Translations under genes and position numbers: made by a program
Notes under the pieces: generated by a model
What the model was told of the DNA's origin: nothing
Databases searched by the model: none
Seen by the model: the letters and a program-made list of their open reading frames with translations, nothing else
Assembly: GCA_039931715.1 (NCBI GenBank)
Contig: JBDTRN010000001.1
Span: 6,761-70,760 of the forward strand
Source of the DNA: Betaproteobacteria bacterium
GTDB lineage: Bacteria > Pseudomonadota > Gammaproteobacteria > Burkholderiales > SG8-39
Direction: 5' to 3'
Length of the DNA: 64,000 nucleotides
Shown: piece by piece, positions 1 through 9,939 of the stretch
How the letters are laid out: every line of letters begins with the position of its first letter
Numbering within the stretch: the stretch's first letter is position 1

Positions 1-297
1 AGTCTCGACGCCGCCCGCGCAGCCCTCGCCGAGGGCGCCGATTACGTGGCGTTCGGCAGTGTGTTCGCCTCGGTCACCAAGCCGGCGGCAACCCGTGCGC
101 CACTGGAGCTGTTCGGTGCGGCCCGCAATCTCGGCGTGCCGCTGGTGGCCATCGGCGGGATCACCATGGACAACGCCGCTGCCGTCATTACCGCCGGGGC
201 CGACTGCGTGGCGGTGATTTCCGACCTGTTCGGCGCCGCCGACGTGGCAGCGCGGGCGCAGGCATACCGCCGCCTGTTTGAAAAGGAAAATGCATGA
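1..297 (+). CDS. thiE: thiamine-phosphate synthase, C-terminal fragment (5' end lies outside window)
   Basis: Frame 1 is open from base 1. The C-terminal sequence ([14 protein letters not shown]...PLVAIGGIT) is typical of ThiE. The stop overlaps the hemL start (ATGA). Confidence 0.8.
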   Translation, partial: SLDAARAALAEGADYVAFGSVFASVTKPAATRAPLELFGAARNLGVPLVAIGGITMDNAAAVITAGADCVAVISDLFGAADVAARAQAYRRLFEKENA

Positions 298-1577
298 GCG
301 ATCGCAACGAGGAGCTTTTCCAGCGCGCCCAGGTACGCATCCCGGCCGGCGTCAATTCGCCGGTGCGCGCGTTTCGCGCCGTCGGTGGCACACCGCTGTT
401 CTTCGAACGCGCCTCGGGCGCGTACTTGTGGGACGCCAATGGCAAGCGCTACATCGATTACGTGGGCTCGTGGGGCCCCATGGTGGCAGGCCACACACAT
501 CCTGAAGTGGTGGAAGCGGTGCAGGCGGCGGCCGGGCGTGCGCTGTCCTTCGGCGCGCCGACCGAGGCCGAGATCGAACTTGCCGAGCTGATCTGCGAGC
601 TCGTTCCGTCGATCGAAATGGTGCGCCTGGTGTCCTCCGGCACCGAGGCCACCATGAGCGCCATCCGCCTCGCGCGCGGCTACACCGGTCGCGCGGCAAT
701 CGTTAAATTCGAGGGCTGCTATCACGGCCATGCCGACGGCCTGCTGGTGAAGGCTGGCTCGGGCGCGCTCACTTTCGGCCAGCCGAGCTCGGCGGGGGTG
801 CCTGAGGACATCGCCAGACACACCGTGGTGCTCGACTACAACGATACCGCACAGCTGGAGGCATTGTTCGCCGCTCGCGGCGCAGAGATCGCCTGCGTCA
901 TCGTCGAGCCGGTCGCCGGCAACATGAACCTCATCCTGCCGGCGCCAGGCTTTCTGGAGGCATTGCGCGAGCAGTGCACGCGCCACGGCGCGGTCCTTAT
1001 TTTCGACGAGGTCATGACCGGGTTTCGCGTCGCCCTCGGTGGCGCGCAGGCGCGCTACGGCGTGCGGCCCGACCTCACCACGCTCGGCAAGGTGATCGGT
1101 GGCGGCCTGCCAGTGGGGGCATTCGGCGGGCGCCGCGACATCATGCAGAAAATCGCGCCACTCGGGCCCGTCTACCAGGCCGGCACGCTGTCGGGCAACC
1201 CGGTGGCGGTGGCCGCCGGGATCGCGACGCTCAGGCTTGTGACCCGGCCGGGCTTCGTGAAAGGCATCGAGGACGCCACCCGGGCTCTCACCGAGGGACT
1301 GGTCGCGCTGGGCAAGAGCGCGCGCGTGCCGCTGTCGGCCCAATGCGTGGGCAGCATGTTCGGCATTTATTTCAGCGCCAGCCCGCCGAGCGGATTCGCC
1401 GAAGTCATGCGCTCGGACCGCGAGCGGTTCAACACCTTCTTTCACTCGATGCTGGCGCGCGGCGTTTACCTTGCCCCCTCTGCGTTCGAAGCTGGCTTCG
1501 TTTCCTCCGCGCATGGCCCGGCCGAAATCGAGGCGACCCTGGCAGCCGCGAAAGAGGCGCTGCAATCGCTCGCCTAG
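294..1577 (+). CDS. hemL: glutamate-1-semialdehyde 2,1-aminomutase
   Basis: 427 aa. The N-terminus (LF.RA...[12 protein letters not shown]) and an aminotransferase class III core are typical of HemL over the full length. Confidence 0.95.
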   Translation: MSDRNEELFQRAQVRIPAGVNSPVRAFRAVGGTPLFFERASGAYLWDANGKRYIDYVGSWGPMVAGHTHPEVVEAVQAAAGRALSFGAPTEAEIELAELICELVPSIEMVRLVSSGTEATMSAIRLARGYTGRAAIVKFEGCYHGHADGLLVKAGSGALTFGQPSSAGVPEDIARHTVVLDYNDTAQLEALFAARGAEIACVIVEPVAGNMNLILPAPGFLEALREQCTRHGAVLIFDEVMTGFRVALGGAQARYGVRPDLTTLGKVIGGGLPVGAFGGRRDIMQKIAPLGPVYQAGTLSGNPVAVAAGIATLRLVTRPGFVKGIEDATRALTEGLVALGKSARVPLSAQCVGSMFGIYFSASPPSGFAEVMRSDRERFNTFFHSMLARGVYLAPSAFEAGFVSSAHGPAEIEATLAAAKEALQSLA

Positions 1578-1612
1578 CTGGAACAAAGAATGCCTGGCAT
1601 GGTCCATAGTCC

Positions 1613-2209
1613 ATGCAAACCGGCCGCGTAATAAATATTGTCACCAAGGAACTGTCCCGCCTGCAGCGCGGCATCCTGGTGGAGCACTTCCTCGCACTCG
1701 GGGCCGAGGACCGGCGATTGCGCTTCGGCATCACCTTGTCGGACCACGCGATCGGCGACTATGCGACGCGCATCGATTTCGAGCGCGACGCGGTTTTCGC
1801 GGTCTACGGCGACGACATGCGCCTTGCGGCCGTGGCGCACCTTGCCCGCGCCGGTGCCTATGCCGAACTCGGCGTGTCGGTCCTGCCTGCCTGCCGCGGG
1901 CTCGGCATGGGGGGTGCGCTCCTCGCGAGGGCGCATACCCACGCGCGCAACTGGGGCGTGCCGACGTTGTTCATGCATTGCCTGTCCGAGAATGGCGCCA
2001 TGATGCATCTCGCGCGCAAGCAGGGCATGCGCATCGCCGCCGAGCGCGGCGAGGCCGATGCCTACCTCGAACTTGAACCCGCCGACGCGGCTTCGCTGGC
2101 CGAGGCGCTCATGGCCGATCGGGTGGCGTTGTTCGACTTCGGGCTGAAATCGCAGGTACACGCCGCCAGGCGACTCGCCGCTGCGTGGACGGGACTAAAG
2201 CAGGAATAG
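1613..2209 (+). CDS. GNAT-family N-acetyltransferase
   Basis: 198 aa. Acetyl-CoA binding-like motif (RGLGMGGALLARA) followed by a GNAT-like C-terminal half. The 3' end overlaps convergent mgtE by 15 nt. Confidence 0.7.
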   Translation: MQTGRVINIVTKELSRLQRGILVEHFLALGAEDRRLRFGITLSDHAIGDYATRIDFERDAVFAVYGDDMRLAAVAHLARAGAYAELGVSVLPACRGLGMGGALLARAHTHARNWGVPTLFMHCLSENGAMMHLARKQGMRIAAERGEADAYLELEPADAASLAEALMADRVALFDFGLKSQVHAARRLAAAWTGLKQE

Positions 2210-3637
2210 GGTCGCCAAGCCGAGGAAAATGAAGAACCCGCCCGAGTCGGTGCAGGCGGTGATCAGGACACTCGACCCTACCGCGGGGTCCTTGCCGAAC
2301 TTCTGCCGAGCATACGGGATCGCGACCCCCATGAAGGCCGCCAGCACGAGGTTCAGGGTCATGGCGAGCGTCATTACAGCGCCCAGCGCCTTGCTGTCGT
2401 AGAGGTACCAGGCCAGGGCGCCCAGCAGTCCGCCCCAGACCAGTCCGTTGAGCAGCGCGACACCGAGCTCCTTGTTGAGCAGCTTGCGCCAGTAATGTGA
2501 CTGCAGCTGGCCCAGCGCAAGCGCCCGCACGATCATAGTGGTCGTCTGGTTGCCGGAGTTGCCGCCGATGCCCGCGACGATAGGCATGAGCGCGGCCAGC
2601 GCGACGAGTTTCTCGATCGAACCCTCGAACGCGCCGATCACGCGCGAGGCGATAAACGCGGTGACCAAGTTCACCGCAAGCCACGCCCAGCGGTTGCGGA
2701 AACTGTCCCACACCGGCGCAAAGATGTCCTCCTCCTCCGAGAGGCCGGCTTCGGCGAGGACCTGCTCGGCGCTCGAATCGCGGATGTAATCCACCACCAC
2801 GTCGACGGTGAGCCGCGCCACCAGCCGGCCGGAATCGTCGACGACGGGCGCCGAGACCAGGTCGTAGCGCTCGAACGCCTGCGCCGCGTCGTCGGCGTCG
2901 TCCTGCGGGCTGAAGGTGATCAGCTCAGGCACCATCACCCTGCCGACTTCCGATTCAAGGTCGGATACGATCAGCCGCGCGAGTGGCAGGGCGCCCTTGA
3001 GTTTCTGGTCGCGATCGATGACGAAAAGCTGGTCGGTGTGGCCGGGGAGCTCGTCCATGCGGCGCAGGTAGCGCGTCACGGCTTCCAGCGTGACGTCCTC
3101 GCGCACCGTCACCATGTCGAAATCCATCAGCGCACCGACCGAACCGTCGGAATACGACATCGCGGCGCGCAGCTGCTCCCTCTCTTCCAACGGCAGGGAC
3201 AGGATCACATCCTGGATGACCTCTTCGGGCAGGTCCGGCGCGAGGTCGGCGAGCTCGTCGGCTTCGAGCGTCTCGGCCGCTGCCACCAGCTCATCGGAAT
3301 CCATGCTGGCGATGAGCGTTTCGCGCACCGCGTCTGAGGCTTCAAGGAGGATCTCTCCGTCGCGGCCGGCCTTGACGAGGTCCCAGACGAACAGCCGCTC
3401 GCGCAACGGCAGCGATTCCAGGATGAAGGCGATATCGGCCGGATGGAGGTGCTCCAGCTTGCTTCGCAGCGCATCCATGTTCGGGTCGGTTACTGCACCA
3501 CCGGCCCGCGAGGCGGAGAAATCGGCAGCGTCCCGGTCGGAGTCGTGCTCGAAATCGTAGTGCTGGAGGAGCTCCTGCACCGCGTGCAAGTTGTCCTGCA
3601 GGTCTTCGATTTCGAGCCGGTTGGCAAGGTCGGCCAT
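2195..3637 (-). CDS. mgtE: magnesium transporter MgtE
   Basis: MgtE N-domain, tandem CBS region and a C-terminal TM domain (GNSGNQ..., DSGGFFIFLG). Start moved to ATG 3637 (MADLANRLE...). The ORF-track start at 3730 adds an atypical 31 aa. Confidence 0.9.
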   Translation of the reverse strand: MADLANRLEIEDLQDNLHAVQELLQHYDFEHDSDRDAADFSASRAGGAVTDPNMDALRSKLEHLHPADIAFILESLPLRERLFVWDLVKAGRDGEILLEASDAVRETLIASMDSDELVAAAETLEADELADLAPDLPEEVIQDVILSLPLEEREQLRAAMSYSDGSVGALMDFDMVTVREDVTLEAVTRYLRRMDELPGHTDQLFVIDRDQKLKGALPLARLIVSDLESEVGRVMVPELITFSPQDDADDAAQAFERYDLVSAPVVDDSGRLVARLTVDVVVDYIRDSSAEQVLAEAGLSEEEDIFAPVWDSFRNRWAWLAVNLVTAFIASRVIGAFEGSIEKLVALAALMPIVAGIGGNSGNQTTTMIVRALALGQLQSHYWRKLLNKELGVALLNGLVWGGLLGALAWYLYDSKALGAVMTLAMTLNLVLAAFMGVAIPYARQKFGKDPAVGSSVLITACTDSGGFFIFLGLATLFLL

Positions 3638-3741
3638 GGCATTCGTGCCCGGGCCGTTGCGGGCCGTTAGGAAGGGGGGGTCATTGTAGAGAAAGCTCGC
3701 AGGGCGCGAAACCGGAAACCCCCGCGACAACGCGCGCTATC

Positions 3742-4446
3742 TCAGGGGATCTGCGCGCCCGGCATTCGCACCAGGATGATTTCGGTTTTCCTGGCCACCC
3801 ACGAGGAGCCGCGATTGCGGTCGTAACGCTGTGGCGACGGCAGGATCGCGGCCAGCCACGCGGCCTGTTGCGCGGAAAGCTGCGCTGCCGGCACGCCGAA
3901 GTAGTGGCGCGCGGCGGCTTCGGCGCCGAAGACTCCGTCGCCCCATTCGGCCACGTTCAGGTACACCTCGAGGATGCGCCGCTTGCTCATCGCCGACTCG
4001 AGCATCCATGTGATGACTGCTTCCTGGCCCTTGCGCAACCACGACCGGCTGCCCGACAGGAACAGGTTCTTCGCGAGTTGCTGGCTGATGGTCGAGCCGC
4101 CGGCCACGACCTTGCCCTTGCGTTCGTTTTTTTCGAGCGCCTTCTGGATGCTTTCCCAGTCGAAACCCTCGTGGTCGACGAACTTGGCGTCTTCGGCGGC
4201 GATGACCGAGCGCTTGAGGTTGGCGGAAATCCTTTCGTAGGCGACCCACTGGTGCCTGAGGCTCGCCCTGGGGGCCTTTTGCTGGACTGCGGCCAGGCGG
4301 GCCTGCATGAAAGCCGTGGACGACGGGTTATGCGCCGACCACCACCAAACGTGGGCAAAGAACCACGCCTGCACCAGCATCACCGCAAGCACGGACGCCC
4401 CGAGGAGGTAGCAGAAAGTTTTCCAGGCAGCAGCCGAAAACCGCAT
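3742..4446 (-). CDS. mtgA: monofunctional biosynthetic peptidoglycan transglycosylase
   Basis: 234 aa. N-terminal TM segment and GT51 motifs (EDAKF..H.GFDW, GGSTISQQLAKN). Confidence 0.92.
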   Translation of the reverse strand: MRFSAAAWKTFCYLLGASVLAVMLVQAWFFAHVWWWSAHNPSSTAFMQARLAAVQQKAPRASLRHQWVAYERISANLKRSVIAAEDAKFVDHEGFDWESIQKALEKNERKGKVVAGGSTISQQLAKNLFLSGSRSWLRKGQEAVITWMLESAMSKRRILEVYLNVAEWGDGVFGAEAAARHYFGVPAAQLSAQQAAWLAAILPSPQRYDRNRGSSWVARKTEIILVRMPGAQIP

Positions 4447-4452
4447 TTCGCT

Positions 4453-5268
4453 TCAGCCGGCGCGCAGTTCGGCCAGCACTGGGGCCGTCGATGGCCGAAC
4501 GCCGCGCCACAGGAAATACGACTCGGCCGCCTGCTCGACCAGCATCCCGAGGCCGTCCGCCACGTGGTACGCGCCCTCGGCGCGCGCCACGCGCATGAAC
4601 GCGGTTTCGCGCCCATACACCATTTCATATGCCAGCGACTCGCGCGTGAACAGCCGCGCCGGCAGCGGCAGTGGCGCGTCGCTGAGCCCGCTCGAAGTGG
4701 CGTTGATGACGAGGTCGAAGCGCTCACCGGCGAGGTCGGCGAACCCGCAGGAACGCGGCAGGCCACGTTGCGTCTCCGGCAGATCGGCGACCATCCGGCT
4801 CGCCTTCTCGGGCGTGCGATTGGCGACCGTGAGCGCGGCCGGGCCGGCCTCGAGCAGCGGCAGCAACACTCCTCGTGCGGCACCGCCCGCTCCCAGGAGC
4901 AGGACCCGCCGGCCGGCGACCGGAAAGCGCAGGTTGATGTCGAGGTCGCGCGTCAGGCCGCACCCATCGGTGTTGTCGCCGTGGACCCCGTCCGCGAAGA
5001 GCAACGTATTGACTGCCCGAGCAGATCGGGCACGTGCGGACAGGGTTTCGGCAAACGCGTAGGCCGCTTCCTTGAAGGGCACCGTCACGTTAAGTCCCTT
5101 GCCGCCGTGCGCCCGGAACTCGTCCGCCGTGGCCGCGAAACCGTCGGGAGGAGCGAGCAGGGTGCTGTACTCGAGGGTCTGGCTTGTCTGGGCGGCGAAT
5201 CGCGCGTGGATCCACGGCGAGCGCGAGTGCGCGACCGGGTTGCCGATCACCGCATAGCGGTCAGGCAC
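4453..5268 (-). CDS. aroE: shikimate dehydrogenase
   Basis: Has YAVIGNPVAHSRSPWIH, LNVTVPFK and NTDG motifs. Start set at GTG 5268, immediately after the upstream gene's stop at 5270. The longer track ORF is an out-of-context extension. Confidence 0.9.
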   Translation of the reverse strand: MPDRYAVIGNPVAHSRSPWIHARFAAQTSQTLEYSTLLAPPDGFAATADEFRAHGGKGLNVTVPFKEAAYAFAETLSARARSARAVNTLLFADGVHGDNTDGCGLTRDLDINLRFPVAGRRVLLLGAGGAARGVLLPLLEAGPAALTVANRTPEKASRMVADLPETQRGLPRSCGFADLAGERFDLVINATSSGLSDAPLPLPARLFTRESLAYEMVYGRETAFMRVARAEGAYHVADGLGMLVEQAAESYFLWRGVRPSTAPVLAELRAG

Positions 5269-5269
5269 C

Positions 5270-6130
5270 CTAGTCCCGCTTGGTCCAGATTGCGTCGCCC
5301 TGCCCGAAGAACCAGGTGCGCGTGATGACGAGCAGGTCGGTGTCCTTGCGGATGTCGGGGGGGAACGCGCCGTACGGCGCCGCCATGCGCACGATGCGGA
5401 AGGCAGCGTCATCGAGCACCTTGAGGCCGGAAGAGCGGTCGAGCCGCACCGATTCGACGCTTCCGTCCGGCCGCAGCGTGACTTCGAGGCGCAGGTTGCC
5501 GTAGACCTTGCCGCGCGCTTCGGCCGGGTAGTTGAGCGTGCCGACCCGCTCGACCTTGTTGCGCCATTCCTCTTCGTACTGGGCAAAACGGTATTCGGAA
5601 GCATTGGCGCCAATAAACTGCTTGCGCGGCCGCTTCTGGTACTCCTCGTGGCGTTTGTCGATTTGCGCCTGCAGCTTCATGGCCGCCAGGGCGAGGTCGC
5701 GCAGATCGCGGCCAGACACCGCCGGCGCCGGTTCCGGGGTCGGCAGGGGGCTCGGTGCCTCGCGCGCCGACACCGGGGGGGAGGCCTTGGCCATCGCCAG
5801 CAATTGCTGCTGCTGCGCCTCGAGTTCCTTGACGCGGCTCTGCGCCTGGGCGAGGTCCTTGCCGGGCTCGACCGCCTTGGTGACCGGGGCGAACGTTTTG
5901 GCGCGGCGGTCCTGGTCGGTATTGCCGCCGCCATCGAGGTTCGCCTGCGCCAGCGCTCGTGCCTTGACCGGCTTTTCCTTGGTCTTGGCGTTGACCAGGA
6001 TTACCTCGAGGGGCTGGGCGGACTTGAATTTGATCGCTTCGGGGAAGCGGAAGTGGACGGACAGCAGGATGGCGTGCAGCACGAGGGAAACGCCTACGCA
6101 TCCCGTCAGCAAACGGGACTGGCGGTCCAT
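5270..6130 (-). CDS. TonB-family energy transducer-like protein
   Basis: N-terminal TM helix (GVSLVLHAILLSVHF), a Pro/Ala/Lys-rich spacer and a TonB_C-like end (YPAEARGKVYGNLRLEVTLRPDGSV). Start chosen at ATG 6130; an alternative is 6235. Confidence 0.75.
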   Translation of the reverse strand: MDRQSRLLTGCVGVSLVLHAILLSVHFRFPEAIKFKSAQPLEVILVNAKTKEKPVKARALAQANLDGGGNTDQDRRAKTFAPVTKAVEPGKDLAQAQSRVKELEAQQQQLLAMAKASPPVSAREAPSPLPTPEPAPAVSGRDLRDLALAAMKLQAQIDKRHEEYQKRPRKQFIGANASEYRFAQYEEEWRNKVERVGTLNYPAEARGKVYGNLRLEVTLRPDGSVESVRLDRSSGLKVLDDAAFRIVRMAAPYGAFPPDIRKDTDLLVITRTWFFGQGDAIWTKRD

Positions 6131-6259
6131 CCCCGCCCACGTCTGAGCAACCTGAGCGTGGAGGGGCGCGGAATTGCGCGCCGGTTGGCGCGTCAAGGGA
6201 TTCGCCCTAGCGGCCGGCAAAGCTGCCTCGTGCATTGAAGAGCGGATATTGTAGTCGCA

Positions 6260-8164
6260 TTAAAGGGTTTCCCGCGCGACCTCCAGCGTTTCCACGGGAG
6301 CCTCGATGGTACGGCGCCAGGTGCACAACACGGATTTGTCGAGCAGGTCGATGTCGCCCACCTCGAGTTCGACCCGCGCACCGGGCTCAAGTTGCGGCAG
6401 CGAGGGGACGCGCACCACCAGAGGCAGCCCCTCGATCCTCGCGGTGGCCTCGCGCAGCACGACCGCCTCGACGAGGGATGCCTTCTCCTGCTGCAGCCAG
6501 CGCAGGCACCAATAGCGCTCCATGTCGCGCTGGTGCTCATCGTAGCGGGCATACACGACTTCGAACGCGCGCAGGGTCGAAAGCAGGCTGTCGGAATTGC
6601 GTGCGAAGGGAGCGCGCCTGCCGGCAATGCTGGCCGAGAGCTGCCATTGGTTGACGAGGTCCACATAGCGACGCAGCGGCGAGCTCATCCACGCATAGCA
6701 GGACACGCCGAGCCCCTCGTGCGCTTCGCCGTGCACGCTCATGCGCACCTTGCCCGAGGACTGGACCCGGTACAGGGCCGCGACATCGCGCTCGGCGAGC
6801 AGCCCGCCCCAGGTCGAATTGGCCAGGATCATGAGTTCGGAAACCAACTTGTCGAGCGGCGCGCCGCGCTTGCGCGGCGTGATCTCGACGCGGTCGCCTT
6901 CCACGCTGAAATTGTAATCGACCATTCCGGCGTTGACGCTGGGCTTGCCGCGCCCGGCTTCAAGGGCGTTGGCGAATTGCCACAGCGTCGCAAGCTCTTC
7001 CTCATACCCCAGGCCCGCCCGCATGCCGGCCGGCAGCGTGCTGTTGAGCGCGGTGTAGTGGGCGTGCCGCAGGTTGGCCGCCACCTTGACGCGCTCAAGG
7101 CGCGAGTGGTGGCCGCGGATGGAAAAATCGCTGGCGGCGACGTTGAAGTAGATCGACACCGCCGGCCGCTCAGTGCCGGCATCGAGCGAAAACTGCGCGA
7201 TGACGTCCTCGGGCAGCATGGTGATCTTCTGGCCGGGCATGTACACGGTGGACAGCCGCTCGCGCGCAATGGCGTCCAGCGGCGAACCCGGCGCGAACCC
7301 CAGCGTCGGGGCGGCGATATGAACGCCGATGCGCCACTCCGCGTCGGAAACGCGGCGCACCGAAAAGGCGTCGTCGATCTCGGACGTCCCGAGGTCGTCG
7401 AGTGAAAACACGGGCGCCTCGGCCAGCGGCAGGTCCTCGGGCAGGAGCGCCGGGACATGGGTGGGAAAACGCGTGCCGCCCGGGAAGTATTCGAACAGGA
7501 ACCGGCTGAGGTGGTAGTCGTGGCTCGAGGGCAGGGCACCGGCGCGCTCGAACAGCCTCGCCACGGACAGGCCGGATTCCTTGCAGGCCGCATCGACCGC
7601 CTTGGCCTCCACCTTGTTACGGTCCGGCCGATAGAGCAGCTCGTCGCGCATCGCCAGCAATTCCTGCGGGAACTCGCCTTTGACGAGCATCGCGGTGTAA
7701 GCCGACGCCCTTTCGGCCTGCAGGCGCTTTTTCTCCATCCCCGCCAGCGCGGCTTTGAGGGTGGCCTCGGGCGCGGCCTGGAACCGGCCCTTGCCGCGAC
7801 GATAGAAATACATCGGCACGGCATGCAATTTGAGCAGGATGCCGGCAGCTTCCACGGCATCGGGCTCATGGCCCACATACTCCCGAGCAAGGTCCCGAAA
7901 TCCGAACTCCGCCGGACCGGCGCACTGCCACAGGAAATCGGCGTCGAGCTTTTCGGCGTAAGCGGTGGCGCCCGCCAGCAGTTCCGCAGCGCCCGGTGCA
8001 TCGAACGAGAGCAGCACGTTGGAAGCCTTTACCTTCGTGCGCCTCCCATGCGGGGCCTCGACCTGGTAGGAGGCCGTGCCGGGTGAAAGGACCGTTCCGA
8101 CCTTGAGGTCGCCGTCTTCCTCGTAAAGGAGATGCATCGCTGCCACATTTGAAAAGGGCGCCAA
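6260..8164 (-). CDS. RNB-domain 3'-5' exoribonuclease (RNase II/R family)
   Basis: 634 aa. RNB catalytic-core motifs (DDLGTSEIDDAFS, YMPGQKITMLP, SSPLRRYVDLVNQ). Confidence 0.85.
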   Translation of the reverse strand: MAPFSNVAAMHLLYEEDGDLKVGTVLSPGTASYQVEAPHGRRTKVKASNVLLSFDAPGAAELLAGATAYAEKLDADFLWQCAGPAEFGFRDLAREYVGHEPDAVEAAGILLKLHAVPMYFYRRGKGRFQAAPEATLKAALAGMEKKRLQAERASAYTAMLVKGEFPQELLAMRDELLYRPDRNKVEAKAVDAACKESGLSVARLFERAGALPSSHDYHLSRFLFEYFPGGTRFPTHVPALLPEDLPLAEAPVFSLDDLGTSEIDDAFSVRRVSDAEWRIGVHIAAPTLGFAPGSPLDAIARERLSTVYMPGQKITMLPEDVIAQFSLDAGTERPAVSIYFNVAASDFSIRGHHSRLERVKVAANLRHAHYTALNSTLPAGMRAGLGYEEELATLWQFANALEAGRGKPSVNAGMVDYNFSVEGDRVEITPRKRGAPLDKLVSELMILANSTWGGLLAERDVAALYRVQSSGKVRMSVHGEAHEGLGVSCYAWMSSPLRRYVDLVNQWQLSASIAGRRAPFARNSDSLLSTLRAFEVVYARYDEHQRDMERYWCLRWLQQEKASLVEAVVLREATARIEGLPLVVRVPSLPQLEPGARVELEVGDIDLLDKSVLCTWRRTIEAPVETLEVARETL

Positions 8165-8234
8165 TTTTACGCGGGTGCCCGTCCCGCTGCGTTATCCTTT
8201 TCGGCTCTCGCGCCATTCCAGTAAGGGAAGCCCC

Positions 8235-9380
8235 ATGCCCAGGATCGCCTCGATTTCCGTCTGCACTGTCCGGATACCGCTCGACCACGTGACCGCCTTT
8301 GCCACACGCAGCGTCAGTGCGCGCGACTACGGGCTGGTCAAGGTTCGCTCGGCCGAGGGCGTCGAGGGCCTGGGCTTCTGCTACGCCGGTTCGTCGGCCG
8401 GCGACCTGGTTGAAAAAGCGGTCACCGACCTCTTTGCGCCCGGGCTACTTGGGCAGGAGTCGACCCGAACCGAAGGGTTGTGGCAGGAAATGTTCCAGGA
8501 GGCGTTGCTGCAGGGGCGCTCCGGCGCAGTCATGCGCGCCCTCAGCATCGTCGACAACGCGCTGTGGGACCTCAACGCGCGCAGCGTGAAGCTGCCGCTG
8601 CATCGCTACCTCGGGGGCTTCGCCGCAAACGCGGTTCCCGCTTACGCCTCCGGCGGGTACTACCTGGAGGGGAAAACGCCCGCCAGGCTTGGCGCCGAAA
8701 TGGCCGGGTATGTGAAGCTGGGGTTCAAGGCCGTGAAGATGAAGGTCGGCCGCCTGTCGCCGGTAGAGGAAGAGGCCCGCGTGCGCGCGGCGCGCGAGGC
8801 AATCGGCCCGGACGTGCTGCTCACGCTCGATGCCAACAACGCCTGGCAGGACCTGCCCACGGCGCTCGAGCACCTGAAACGCTACGAGAAATACGATCCG
8901 TACTGGATAGAAGAGCCTTTCGGGCCGGATGACATCGACAGCCACGCCCGCCTGGCAAAGGCGACTAAGGTCACCGTCGCCACCGGCGAGATCGGCGTGG
9001 GGCGCTGGTATTTCAAGGAACTCATGGAAAAAGGTGGCGCCGCCATCCTGCAGCACGACGCCGCCGTTTGCGGCGGCATCACGGAGTGGCGCCGCATTGC
9101 CGCCACCGCCGCGAGCTATGGGGTCACGGTCTGCCCACACTGGTTCCACGACCTGCACGTGCACCTCGTGGCCGCCACCCCGAATGCGCGCATGGTGGAA
9201 TTCTTCACCGACGACCAGGTGCTCAATTTCCGCCGCCTCGTCGACACCCAGCTCGAGTTCAAGGACGGAATGCTCACGCTGCCAACACGCCCCGGGCTGG
9301 GATTCGACTTCGAGGCAAAGGCGATCGCGCGCTATTCGCTGGGCGGCACCGCCACGCCGTGGAAGGAAATCAGGGGATGA
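8235..9380 (+). CDS. enolase-superfamily enzyme, mandelate racemase/muconate-lactonizing family (acid-sugar dehydratase-like)
   Basis: KxK motif (AVKMKVG), metal ligands (LDANNAW, WIEEP, ATGE) and a late His (CPHWFH). Start at ATG 8235 is preceded by AAGGGAAG. Substrate unknown. Confidence 0.8.
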   Translation: MPRIASISVCTVRIPLDHVTAFATRSVSARDYGLVKVRSAEGVEGLGFCYAGSSAGDLVEKAVTDLFAPGLLGQESTRTEGLWQEMFQEALLQGRSGAVMRALSIVDNALWDLNARSVKLPLHRYLGGFAANAVPAYASGGYYLEGKTPARLGAEMAGYVKLGFKAVKMKVGRLSPVEEEARVRAAREAIGPDVLLTLDANNAWQDLPTALEHLKRYEKYDPYWIEEPFGPDDIDSHARLAKATKVTVATGEIGVGRWYFKELMEKGGAAILQHDAAVCGGITEWRRIAATAASYGVTVCPHWFHDLHVHLVAATPNARMVEFFTDDQVLNFRRLVDTQLEFKDGMLTLPTRPGLGFDFEAKAIARYSLGGTATPWKEIRG

Positions 9381-9939
9381 GCCCGGCGAAGGCAAGCATG
9401 CGCGGCAAGTGCTCGGGAAAGCTCGCAAGCGTGTGGTCCCCGCCCTCGCGAAGAACCATCCGCGCGCCCTCGTACCGGCGCACAGCGTCGCGGTAGTCGA
9501 GGACTTCGTCGCCCGCTTCGAGCAGCAACAGGTAGCGCTCCGGGTTCACCTCGTCCACCCACAGGTCGCGCCATCCCTGCAGGTGGGCTCGAGTCAGCTC
9601 GTATTCTTCGCCGGTGTAGAGATTCTGCTGGCGACCCAGCGATTGCTCGAGGCCCACGTGCGGGAAAACCGCCGGCTGGATCAGGATCGCGCGGCAGGCG
9701 TATTTTTCCGCCGCCCAGGTCGCGTAATACCCGCCAAGCGAACTACCTACCATCGTCACCGCGTGCGCGCCTTGGGCGCGGAGGTGCGATTCGATCAGCG
9801 CGACTGCCTGTTCGGGGCAGTGGGGAAGCGCCGGGCAAACGAAGCTGCCGGCAAGCCCGAGGTTTTCCATGTAGGCCGCCATCGTTCGAGCCTTGTGGGA
9901 TGTAGGCGAACTGTTGAATCCATGCAGGTACAGGATCAC
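9370..9939 (-). CDS. YqiA/UPF0227-family alpha/beta-hydrolase (esterase)
   Basis: ILYLHGFNSSP and the nucleophile elbow GSSLGGYY. GTG start at 9939 overlaps the mpl stop (GTGA), implying translational coupling. Confidence 0.8.
   Translation of the reverse strand: MILYLHGFNSSPTSHKARTMAAYMENLGLAGSFVCPALPHCPEQAVALIESHLRAQGAHAVTMVGSSLGGYYATWAAEKYACRAILIQPAVFPHVGLEQSLGRQQNLYTGEEYELTRAHLQGWRDLWVDEVNPERYLLLLEAGDEVLDYRDAVRRYEGARMVLREGGDHTLASFPEHLPRMLAFAGLIP

Noticed and set aside
42-1607. 521-aa minus-strand ORF spanning all of hemL
   Set aside because: It is antisense to a clearly identifiable hemL. Its Arg/Ala/Gly/His-rich low-complexity translation is typical of spurious antisense ORFs in high-GC DNA, and no family motifs are present.
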